From contig BCKZ01000001.1 of NCBI GenBank assembly GCA_001600815.1, positions 124,001-166,776 on the forward strand: DNA of 42,776 nt. The letters run 5' to 3'. Below the pieces are notes generated by a model that was given only the letters and a program-made list of their open reading frames with translations, was not told the origin of the DNA and ran no database searches. A program made the translations under genes and the position numbers. Origin of the DNA: Alloascoidea hylecoeti (Eukaryota). Within the stretch, counting starts at the first letter, position 1, and every line of letters begins with the position of its first letter. Shown here one piece after another: positions 9,820 to 19,552 of this stretch.

Positions 9820-11037
9820 CTACTTCATTTCAACATCTTCATCGTCACTTTCAATCTCATTTTCCCAAGCATTTTCATCATCATCATCTTCTTCTGCTTT
9901 ATTATTTTCAATACTATTAAGATATTCATCACTCTTCAGTATTGTCAATAATTCTTCGATATGATTTACAATATCTGGATCAGCTTCACTAGCAACTTCA
10001 TCGATTGTGAGTAATTGTTTAGCTGATAATAATGCATTACGACTATCTGTTGTAAAATGATTTTCATTATCACCAATGATTAGTGGGAAATTATTACCAT
10101 TTAATGATTCTTGATCAGGTAAAATACCATTATTTTGTATTAATTGTGCTTGTAAATAATTTGCAAAACCTTCAAGATAAAAGGAATCTAAAACTTGATC
10201 ATCAATATCTTCAATCATTTGTGAAATTTTAATAGCAATTTCAAATTGTTTTAATTCAATTGAAATTCTATTTAATGTTAATAATGGTTGTACTAATAAA
10301 CCAGTATTTGAACTAATTTCAATTTCATTATCATCATTATTATTATTATGTTGTGTTTCAACTAATAATGATTGTCTTCTTTTTTGAAATAATTCCCAAG
10401 ATGTTTTTAATGCTTCAATTGCATTTTCATCTTTTTGTTGTGAGATTCTAATTGATGATAATAAACTCCAAGATTCAGGATTATTTCTATCAATTTCTAT
10501 TGCTTCATTAATTAATTTATCACATTGTGATTCAGCTTCTGGTTCCATACATAAATCTGTCATCCAAATTTCAATAACACTAAAAATTGTTTCTGATAAT
10601 TTTTGTTTTATACTATCCAATAAATTTAATTTTTCTTCTATTTCCTCTTCATTTTCATTTCCATTCTCTTCAATATTTTCTAATTCATTTTCAATTAAAT
10701 TTAATTGTTTTGTAAGAAGTTGTGCACCTTTATCAAACCAATTTAAACCAACTTTACCACCAGTTAATTGACCTAACCATAAAAATTTCTCATATCCTCC
10801 AATTTCACCATCTTTATCTAAATTTGATGCTTCAATAAAATAATTATATGATTTTTCTGGTTTATTTAATTCAAGATAAATTTCTCCTAAAATTTGTAAA
10901 AAAAAAATATTATCATTATATTTATTTGATTTAATTAATGGTTTTAATAGTTTTAATGATTCTTTTGGTTCTGAAATATCTAATTTCTTTCTTGCATCTT
11001 CTATAGTTTTCTTTAATAATGGATTAGAAGATGTCAT
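9820..11037 (-). CDS. ACL4: TPR assembly chaperone of Rpl4
   Basis: Motifs GYEKFLWLGQL, EIWMTDLCMEPEAESQC and PESWSLLSSIRISQQ, with an acidic tail. Synteny with NBP2/CWC15. Confidence 0.9.
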   Translation of the reverse strand: MTSSNPLLKKTIEDARKKLDISEPKESLKLLKPLIKSNKYNDNIFFLQILGEIYLELNKPEKSYNYFIEASNLDKDGEIGGYEKFLWLGQLTGGKVGLNWFDKGAQLLTKQLNLIENELENIEENGNENEEEIEEKLNLLDSIKQKLSETIFSVIEIWMTDLCMEPEAESQCDKLINEAIEIDRNNPESWSLLSSIRISQQKDENAIEALKTSWELFQKRRQSLLVETQHNNNNDDNEIEISSNTGLLVQPLLTLNRISIELKQFEIAIKISQMIEDIDDQVLDSFYLEGFANYLQAQLIQNNGILPDQESLNGNNFPLIIGDNENHFTTDSRNALLSAKQLLTIDEVASEADPDIVNHIEELLTILKSDEYLNSIENNKAEEDDDDENAWENEIESDDEDVEMK

Positions 11038-11123
11038 TATTGTATTGTATTAAGATTGTATGTTATGGTATAAATCAATTAATTAAGCTAAATATTTTTT
11101 TTTTCTTTCAAATATTTACATAT

Positions 11124-11131
11124 CCGGGTAA
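11124..11131. promoter_or_regulatory. Reb1-type site CCGGGTAA in the ACL4/GIR2 divergent promoter
   Basis: Exact match next to a poly(T) tract in a 170-bp bidirectional intergene. A related CGGGTAA lies at 3872-3878 in the CWC15/NBP2 promoter. Confidence 0.5.
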
Positions 11132-11206
11132 ATTTATTGAAAAGTATTGAAAAAGATGTGTTGAGAGTTTGATCCAATATTAAAGAGAAAAGGAGAAAAG
11201 GAGAAA

Positions 11207-11992
11207 ATGGATCCAGCTGAAGAACAACAACAAGAACTTGAAGTTTTGGAATCAATTTATCCTGATGAATTTGAAAGTAAGAAATTTATCAATATATAAA
11301 TTCAGTTTATTTTATGTCTCTAACTTTTTTCTATATTTATAGAAATTAGTGATAAAGAATTCACAATAAAAATATTACTAGAAACACCATCATCAAATAT
11401 ACATCAATTAATTTTACATGTTAAATATCCTGAAACGTATCCAGATGTTGTTCCTGAACTTTCAATAGTGATAGATGATATAAAAGAAGAAGAAGAAGAA
11501 GAATCAGATGATGATGATGAAGATAGTGAACCAGCAGTTGTTTTAACTGAAGATCAAGTATTTTTCAACAATAATGATATTAATAAATTATTAATTGAAT
11601 TAAATAAACAAGCAGAAGAAAATTTAGGTATGCCATCGATTTTTACATTAACATCATATTTAAAAGAATCATCAGAATTATTATTTCAAAATAAAATTAA
11701 TAAATTAGAAAAAGAAAGAGAAATTGAATTATTAAAACAAGAAATGGAAGAAAATAAAAAATTTACTGGTACAAAAGTAACAAAAGATTCATTTTTAAAA
11801 TGGAGAGAAAATTTTAGAAATGAAATTGGTTATTATGAAAAAATAAATTTAAAAATTAAAAAAAATAGTAATGGTAAATTAACTGGTAGAGAATTATTTG
11901 AACAAGGTCTTGCTATAACTGGTGATATTGATGATGATTCTACAAATGTTGCTGAAATTACTTCAAATATTAGTAAAGTTAGTGTCAGTTAA
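11207..11992 (+). CDS. GIR2: RWD-domain protein Gir2 (DFRP2); exons 11207-11276 and 11343-11992
   Basis: Exon 1 reads MDPAEEQQQELEVLESIYPDEFE. A 66-nt intron (GTAAGA...CTAAC...TAG, 11277-11342) restores the frame to YPETYPDVVP and KFTGTKVTKDSFLKWR...GKLTGRELFE. Confidence 0.92.
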
Positions 11993-12212
11993 TTATTTAC
12001 TATTGGTAAATATAATGATTTCTAGAAGACGTGGATTATATTGAATATGTTCTATTTATTTATTTAATGTAAAATCAATTGAATAAACAAATGAATAAGC
12101 AATAATTTTTAAGATTTTAATTTTTGAATATAAAAAAACAATTGAAAACATTTAAAAGCAATTTTTGTAAATGATTTATAAACTTTTCTACATATATTTT
12201 ATGTGATATGAT

Positions 12213-13502
12213 TTAAAGATCAATAAGTGATGGTCCTTCATCAAATTTGTTATATTTATTCGAAACAACAGGATACTCTTTACCATTAAATGGGTCTTCA
12301 TCTTTATGTTCAATTGTAATACCATGTACTTTATCTGTATTAAGATATTCATCATTGGGGTCATATGGATCATCTTTATATTGTGGATTCTCCTTATAGT
12401 AATATTTATCTTCGTTATAGTACGTAGTATCATTGCTAGAATCTCCGAATGGATTAGTATTGTTATCATCATATCCACTCTTGTGACCATCATGATATGC
12501 ACTCTTGTGGCCATGAGAAAATTCATCAAGTGAATCTTTGAAACCACTATAACTAGAAGTTGGAGGATCATATGAATCTCTATAATAATTTGAAGCATCT
12601 GCATCATCATGAAATCCAACATGATCATTATCAAAATCATTGTGTATGTTGTTATTATTTTGTTTATAACCTGAAAAGAAATTAAGTCCAGTTGAAATTA
12701 TTGAAGAACTTCTTGAACTTCTGGTTCTATTATTTCCAGCCGACCAAGTTTTGCCTCTTTCTCTCGTTATTATTGGATTTGAATTATAATCATCATTTGT
12801 ATTTATATATCTTTGGAATTGTTTTAATGATTCTTCTCTTTCTTCTAGATAATAAGATCTAACTTCAACAAGTTTAATTATTTGCTCAGATAAATCTCTA
12901 ATTAATTTCCCATGATCATTACCATCAGTTAAATCAACATATCTAAATGATGATTGAAAACTTTGAATTATATTAATATTTTCACTTTCAGAAACAATTC
13001 TAATGACATCAGATGAACCTAATTTTATTAAATGAATTAATAATTTAATTGTTTTTCTAATACTTCTAATTTGTTGAATTTTTTTATTATTAATTGAAAT
13101 ATTATTATTCATTTCTTTTAAATTATTGGTATCTTGTAATTTTGGTGTAAATGAGCAAAATAACAATCCATTTTTTAACCTTTTTTTAAATATAAAATTC
13201 ATCATTTTATGAAGATCATTATAATTGTTAGTCCTTGATGATAATTGACCAATTTCAGAATTACTGATTTCCCATGGATCTGTATTTGTAGCTGCTCTTA
13301 TTAATGTTTCAACCTCACTATAATTATGGATAACTAATTAATTAACATGAATATAATGTTAGTATCATATCTTGAAAAGGCCTACAAGGTGTAAGGCATC
13401 AATATGGTTTTGAACTAGAGCCTTACCATTTTGTGTTTTGCGAACTACTGATTTAACATCATATAATGATATGCCAGAAACTCTTTCCTTAAAACTATTC
13501 AT
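12213..13502 (-). CDS. ENT5: ENTH-domain clathrin adaptor, Ent5-like; exons 13502-13427 and 13333-12213
   Basis: Spliced N-terminus MNSFKERVSGISLYDVKSVVRKTQN/VIHNYSEVETLIRAATNTDPW. The 93-nt intron reads GTAAGG...TACTAAC...TAG. C-terminal SLIDL resembles a clathrin box. Convergent with GIR2, as in S. cerevisiae GIR2/ENT5. Confidence 0.78.
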
Positions 13503-13756
13503 ATTTCTAAATAATAGAGATAAGAAAAGAAGTTGGAGAAGAAACGAAAAGAGATTTCAATTTAAATTGATAAAAGTAGATGACTTTATTGGATTTCGGC
13601 TCATCGGGAATTCTCCTACATGATTATAATTCGCAATTTTGAAGAGTATATATTGGTCCGACCTGGACAAATAATTTGGGGTTATTGTAGGGTGTAACCG
13701 TCATACCATGCGTGTAATATGGAAACACTTGAATATGCGACACGTCGATAGTATTA

Positions 13757-15235
13757 ATGAAAACTCCAAGAAATATTGAAACCGATAATAGTATTCAATT
13801 TCAAGACAGAAGAAAAAGATTTAAAAGCAATTATCATGGTACTAAGAATAAATCATCATCAGGATTCAAATCAAAATCAAATCTAAGATCCAAAGTTGTC
13901 AAAAAGTATACTTCTTCTGAAAAAAATGAACAAATCATCGGGGCATTTAATAGAATTGGAGCAAAAGATGCATTTATATCAGATATGAGTTTTGGAGTTA
14001 AAACAGATTGGAAAGGGATTTATCCAAATATATTACTTCAAAGGAATGAAACAACAATAAATAACAAAATAAATGAAAATAAAAATAAAAATAGAAATGA
14101 AAATGGAAATATAATATCATTAAAAACAATAGCGGTTAATAAATTAACACCATATGTTGATAGATTAACAATTGATTATTTAAAATCATGTCCATTCACT
14201 GGAATTTGGTCAAATGTTTGGATAAATGTTTTAAATTCAGGTTATGATTCATTTAATGTATTTTGTAAATTTGCATCACAATTTTATAAAAATGATTCAT
14301 TTCAGTGTCATAAAAATATTAATAATAGTATTTTAAGCTCAACTAATAATCCATATAGAAATAATAATGAATCATTAAGAGACAATTATTTATTCAAAAA
14401 TTTAACACCAAATAAAAAAAGACATAGAATTGAAATGATACCAAATAATGAAATAATTGATATAAAATCACTTATTGAAACTTTTCAAACAATAAATATT
14501 AATTATTTAAATTTTAATAATTTATTATTAATTGATTTAGGAAATATAAAAAATTTAACTCATGATAATTTAATATCATTAATGAATTTTGAAAATTTAA
14601 TTGGTTTAGATGTTAGTAATATTGGTGAATCATTTAATGATACAATTTTAACAATGTGGAATTTTTGTTTAAAACAAGGGAAATGGCCAAAATTACAAAT
14701 ACTTTTGCTTGGTTCAAATAAACTAATATCAAAACAATTAATTAAAAAAATTTTAATATCATCATCATCTATATTATATTTAGAATGTGATGAAAATCTA
14801 GACATGAAAGATAATAAAAGTCTAGAATCTTTTACAAGCCATGGTTGGGAAACACTTCAACCCAACATTCAAAAAAGATTTATAAAAACAGGTTATAATC
14901 TTAGTAAGAAATATTACATCATACGAAACTTAACAGATAATAAGAAACATATTACTAATGAACAACATGATAATATTAAAACAAACCGTGTTACAATTGG
15001 AAGACATATTTTGTTTGATATTTGTTTTTCAAGTAAATCCGAACCATTTCAATGGGATCATAATCCAATACGAAATTTACCTGTTTTTTGTTACATTAGA
15101 TTTAAAAACCCGGATATAATAGCTAATCATAATCATCATAATAATAATAGTACTCTTAACAAACAAGAAAATAACCAAGTTAAATTACGAGTGAAACCTA
15201 AAGGTATAAACAAATATAGATTCAAATTAACATAA
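13757..15235 (+). CDS. Hypothetical fungal protein: basic N-terminus, probable LRR/RNI-like central region
   Basis: 492-codon ORF with LxxLDL/V-type repeats (LLLIDLGN, LIGLDVSN, LQILLLGSN, ILYLEC). No family recognised. Confidence 0.75.
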   Translation: MKTPRNIETDNSIQFQDRRKRFKSNYHGTKNKSSSGFKSKSNLRSKVVKKYTSSEKNEQIIGAFNRIGAKDAFISDMSFGVKTDWKGIYPNILLQRNETTINNKINENKNKNRNENGNIISLKTIAVNKLTPYVDRLTIDYLKSCPFTGIWSNVWINVLNSGYDSFNVFCKFASQFYKNDSFQCHKNINNSILSSTNNPYRNNNESLRDNYLFKNLTPNKKRHRIEMIPNNEIIDIKSLIETFQTININYLNFNNLLLIDLGNIKNLTHDNLISLMNFENLIGLDVSNIGESFNDTILTMWNFCLKQGKWPKLQILLLGSNKLISKQLIKKILISSSSILYLECDENLDMKDNKSLESFTSHGWETLQPNIQKRFIKTGYNLSKKYYIIRNLTDNKKHITNEQHDNIKTNRVTIGRHILFDICFSSKSEPFQWDHNPIRNLPVFCYIRFKNPDIIANHNHHNNNSTLNKQENNQVKLRVKPKGINKYRFKLT

Positions 15236-16919
15236 TAGTTGTACCTATTTTTATACTTAATAGTATTGTTTTCGTACCTTAAACATATTAATAGTTAACT
15301 ATTTTAACATAATCAATATAACTGTTTAAAATGCGTAACAAATGTTATACACAGTATTATACACAAACCATTTAAGGGTTTTTTGACCACGCATCGGACA
15401 TCGGAGCCGACTATGTCATAAAAAAAAACATATACGGCGGTACCATAAGTATACGTACCAACATACCAACAAAAATTATAGACAATTTCAAACATCCCCG
15501 GTAAGGGTTATCCAAAGAATAAAAAATATATAAATATTTTCATTATCACATGATATGAAACTGTTGCAATTACTAAAGTGTATAAAACGAAATATATGTA
15601 TTTCTTTTTCATACGATTTTTATTGTTGTTCTTTAAAATTTTCGATTATGATTTTAAAAGAACAACAAATCGTTTTAGAACCGATCAACTCAATTCAACA
15701 AAAGTTGACTCTTCTGAATTGCTATGATAAGATTATAAACTATAAAATATAAGTAAAAGTTTATACGGTCAAATAAGTTATATAAATTTTTAAAGATTTT
15801 TAAATAGTTGTAATGCATACGGATAAATTATAAGACAAGTTTATATAATGAATACAAATAATAACATAATAAGAAGGAAAATATATACATAGTAGGTTAA
15901 TTAGATAAAATAATTATGAATAAAAAAAAGAGAGTTAATTTTAATTATAACGTTGTGCTTTTCTTTTATAATGTTTTGTGTACTGGAAGAAAAAGATGAA
16001 AGAATGAAAATAATATATATAAGATCAAATTATATTAATGATAATGACAAGAAGTTTATTATAGAAACAAGATAATCTTAAAAATCGGGAAGTTTTATAT
16101 AATAATAGAAATTCAACCAGAAATAGTACTCGTAGAAAAAAAAAAAGCACTGCAGATAAAAAAGTTGAGGAATTATAACTGAAATTAATGTCGTTACAAA
16201 GGAAACAAGACAATTGCAAAACAAAACAAATTTAAAACGATGAAACAAAAACAAAGGTATATAAAATCATAATAATTAATAAACAGGATAAAGATAGTAT
16301 ATTAATGACAAGTATTAATTAAAAAAAAAAAAAAAAACCATAATATGTGATAAATAATAATAAAAACATTTTTATTTTAAGGATCCAAATATAAACTTAA
16401 GGCCATAGTAAAAAAAATAATAATAAAAAGATGCAATAATAGCAATAGCAAATAGCAAATAGCAAATAAACAAGTAAATACACAATTTCAAAATTTTCGA
16501 TATTTGGAAAAACAAATTACCCATAAAATAAAATGAAGCAAAGTAATAATAATAATAAAAAAGTTAAGTAAACGTTTAAATATAAATTTTAAAACGCCCG
16601 AAAACGGAATGTATTAAATAATAATAATAATATAATGATGAATAAATATAAAAAATATAAAAAATAAAATAAAAGCATGCAGACGTAATATTATTATCAT
16701 GAATGATTTCGAAAAAAAATTTGATTGAAAAGGAAAAGAAAAAAAAAAAAAACTTTGGGTTTGTTTTGTAAGGTAGGGCTTCATCTTTATGTAACAAGAT
16801 TAAAAAAAAAATATATATATATAATGCAATACTTTTGAATAATAATAAGTTAAACATCAATTTTCAAATGTCAAACATAAAATTTCAAATGGGTTCTAAT
16901 TTACATTTCTTTCATAAGC

Positions 16920-19364
16920 TTAATGAAACCTAGAACTTGAACTTGAACTTGAACTATTAGTTGAGTGTAAATCTGTTTTTGAATGATATTGATGTTCATG
17001 TCGTAATGAACTAGAAGTAGAAGAATGATTAATTGTAGAATTTGAACTTGAAGAACCTGAACTTGAAGAACTTGAAGAATTTGAAATTTTTGGTAATAAA
17101 TTTTGATTCATTCTCATCCATAATAAAACAACTTCATAACAAAATAAATATTGTCTTAAAGTTTGAACCATTGAAATTCTTTGTGATCTAAATTGTCCAA
17201 CAATATTATAAATTAAATTATCATCATTATTTATTAAATATTTCTTTTCAATTAAATCATTTTTAAAAATATCAATTATTGTATCAATTGTACAAAATGT
17301 ACCAGTTCTACCACATCCTGCACTACAATGAACAACAGTTGGAATTGATTCATAACCTTTTATAAATTTATTTTTTAATTCTGACAATGATAATAAATCT
17401 AATGGTGATACAGGAGTACCTAAATCAGACCAAACAGAATAATGAATTTGATAACAATAATGTTTATTTGATGATGCAGATGATAAAGATAAATTAATAA
17501 TTTCAAATTTTCTAATTTTAACTTCAGTTTTTGTTAAATCATTTAATTTTTTTAATTTTTCATCAATAATTTTTAATTTTATATTACCAAATACACCATT
17601 TTTCCAATATTTATGACATTTTATTAATCCACCTTCATTTTCAGCAGTTAAATTAATAATACATTTAATTTTTTGTTCAAATATAACTTTCCAAAAATCT
17701 TCAATTGTATCAGGTAATGGACCTTGAGTTGCAATATATTTTTGTTTGGATTGTTTTGATGATATATAACTTGCATTAAAGTAATCATCATCAGATTGCT
17801 TAATTTTAACTCTCGTATAATCATATGGAAAAATATTTTTATAACGATTTTTTGTACCTCTTTCAACACCAGATCTAATAGTTAAACCATTTTCATTATC
17901 AATATCCATATTAATATTACTACTTGAATGATTTGAAGCATTATTATTATTTGATGTACAACGTAATGCTTGCTTTAATCTATTACTTTCAGCTTTTTCA
18001 ATTTTATAAAATTCTCTTGCAATTCTGTTTGGACCATTTTTATTATCCATTGCATTTAATTTAATCCAATTTGGTATTGAAACATTTAAATTTAAAGGTT
18101 TTAAATTTAATTTTTTTTCATCTAATTTAATTTGAAATGATTGATCCACATTAATTTCAGATTCATTATTATGATGAGAAAACATTGAATTTTGTTGTAA
18201 ATTACGAATTAATATATCATTATTATTTTTATTATTATTATTTGTTGGAAATATAAAACCAAATCCATTTCCTGTGCTTGAATTATTTGAATTATTACTC
18301 ATTATTATTGATGATGATGATTTATTTAATTGATTTAAATTTGTATTTGAATTTGAAGTTGAAGTTGATGTTGATGTTGAATTTAAATTTATATTTATAT
18401 TTGATTTTGAATTTGGATTTGAAGAAGAATTTTGACTATTATGAAATAAAGCTCTTTTTGATTCAACTAAATTTGGAAACATTTCAAAAAATTTCTTAAA
18501 GCCACCAGCTAATACGAAAACATTACCTTTCCATTTATAATTTATAAACTTTTGTGATATATAAACAATTGTAGAAGATGGGTAATTTAAATTTTCTGTT
18601 AATTGATCATAAATAATCACATTTTTTGATGAATCTTCAAATAATAATTGTTGTGATTTTGATAAATTATTAATCAATCTATCTAAAGTGTAATTTGACC
18701 TTTTTAATAAAGTTGATGGTAAGCATGTGTTAATTGAATTTTTTATATGGCATTTACTAAACTCTGCAAATGTTCTTGTATCAATGAATAAATAATTATG
18801 TTTTGTGTTTGTGGATGAAGTCATAATATTTGATAAACTTGAACAAGAGGTTTCCTTGACCTGCGAAGGAAGTTCATTTTTCATCGGCCGTGTTAAAACA
18901 GGCATTGAGGCCCTTGAATGTAGGATCCGCTCCATTGACTGTTGGGATATGAATTGGGAGGGACACGAGACGGGAGAGGGACCGACGGAGTGGGGGGAGC
19001 GCACGGAGTAGGGGGTTCTGGGGGCGGAATTGGTTACGTAACCGCCGCGGGGGTTGCTGTGCTGGGAGTCCCTGAGGTCACGGGGACTGCGGGGATCGCT
19101 GTGGGTCACCTCGAAGTAAGACGCCGCGTGCACCTCAGACATGGAGGTGATGCCCGAAAAGGTAGCGGACTGGGAGGCCTTGGACAGCTCCTTGGACAGC
19201 TCCTTGGGGTCCAGCTTGAGGGCAAAGTAGCCCGGCTGGGCCGCAGCCGAGGCCCGCTTCGTGCGCTTGGGCGAGTGTGGGGCGGTGGGTGTGGGGAGGT
19301 TTGAGTGGTTCAAGTTTGGGGAGACCATTTGGATTTGGGAGGAACTCGAGGAAATGAGCATCAT
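16920..19364 (-). CDS. Tyrosine-protein phosphatase with rhodanese/MAPK-binding domain (Ptp2/Ptp3/Pyp1 type)
   Basis: Rhodanese domain (FIDTR...HIKNSINTCLPSTLLKR, VLAGGFKKF) and PTP motifs KNRYKNIFPYDYTRV, YIATQGPL, VHCSAGCGRTGT and QRISMVQTLRQY. Confidence 0.95.
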   Translation of the reverse strand: MMLISSSSSQIQMVSPNLNHSNLPTPTAPHSPKRTKRASAAAQPGYFALKLDPKELSKELSKASQSATFSGITSMSEVHAASYFEVTHSDPRSPRDLRDSQHSNPRGGYVTNSAPRTPYSVRSPHSVGPSPVSCPSQFISQQSMERILHSRASMPVLTRPMKNELPSQVKETSCSSLSNIMTSSTNTKHNYLFIDTRTFAEFSKCHIKNSINTCLPSTLLKRSNYTLDRLINNLSKSQQLLFEDSSKNVIIYDQLTENLNYPSSTIVYISQKFINYKWKGNVFVLAGGFKKFFEMFPNLVESKRALFHNSQNSSSNPNSKSNININLNSTSTSTSTSNSNTNLNQLNKSSSSIIMSNNSNNSSTGNGFGFIFPTNNNNKNNNDILIRNLQQNSMFSHHNNESEINVDQSFQIKLDEKKLNLKPLNLNVSIPNWIKLNAMDNKNGPNRIAREFYKIEKAESNRLKQALRCTSNNNNASNHSSSNINMDIDNENGLTIRSGVERGTKNRYKNIFPYDYTRVKIKQSDDDYFNASYISSKQSKQKYIATQGPLPDTIEDFWKVIFEQKIKCIINLTAENEGGLIKCHKYWKNGVFGNIKLKIIDEKLKKLNDLTKTEVKIRKFEIINLSLSSASSNKHYCYQIHYSVWSDLGTPVSPLDLLSLSELKNKFIKGYESIPTVVHCSAGCGRTGTFCTIDTIIDIFKNDLIEKKYLINNDDNLIYNIVGQFRSQRISMVQTLRQYLFCYEVVLLWMRMNQNLLPKISNSSSSSSSGSSSSNSTINHSSTSSSLRHEHQYHSKTDLHSTNSSSSSSSSRFH

Positions 19365-19388
19365 GCAATTATAGGTTAACAGAGAAGA

Positions 19389-19552
19389 TGACGTAGGGGC
19401 GGGGTCATGTGACGATCCAATCCAACAGTTCAGTTCAAAGCAGCAAAAGTGGGAAAAAACGGGAAAAAGGACCAGTTTTTATATATTTTACATATTTTAT
19501 ATGGAAATGTTACTAATATTTATAATATTAACCTATTTGTGTTGTGACGTCA
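19389..19552. promoter_or_regulatory. CRE (ATF/CREB) and STRE-like sites in the PTP promoter
   Basis: TGACGTA at 19389-19395 abuts AGGGG at 19395-19399; a perfect TGACGTCA lies at 19545-19552. Confidence 0.5.

Noticed and set aside
3908..19364. NBP2 plus PTP as a HOG-regulator cluster (and CWC15/CWC25 as a splicing cluster)
   Set aside because: Separated by unrelated genes; NBP2's position is explained by ancestral synteny.
18805..19368. Overlapping and antisense ORFs in the PTP 5' region
   Set aside because: Expected from stop-codon scarcity in the GC island; no recognisable motifs.
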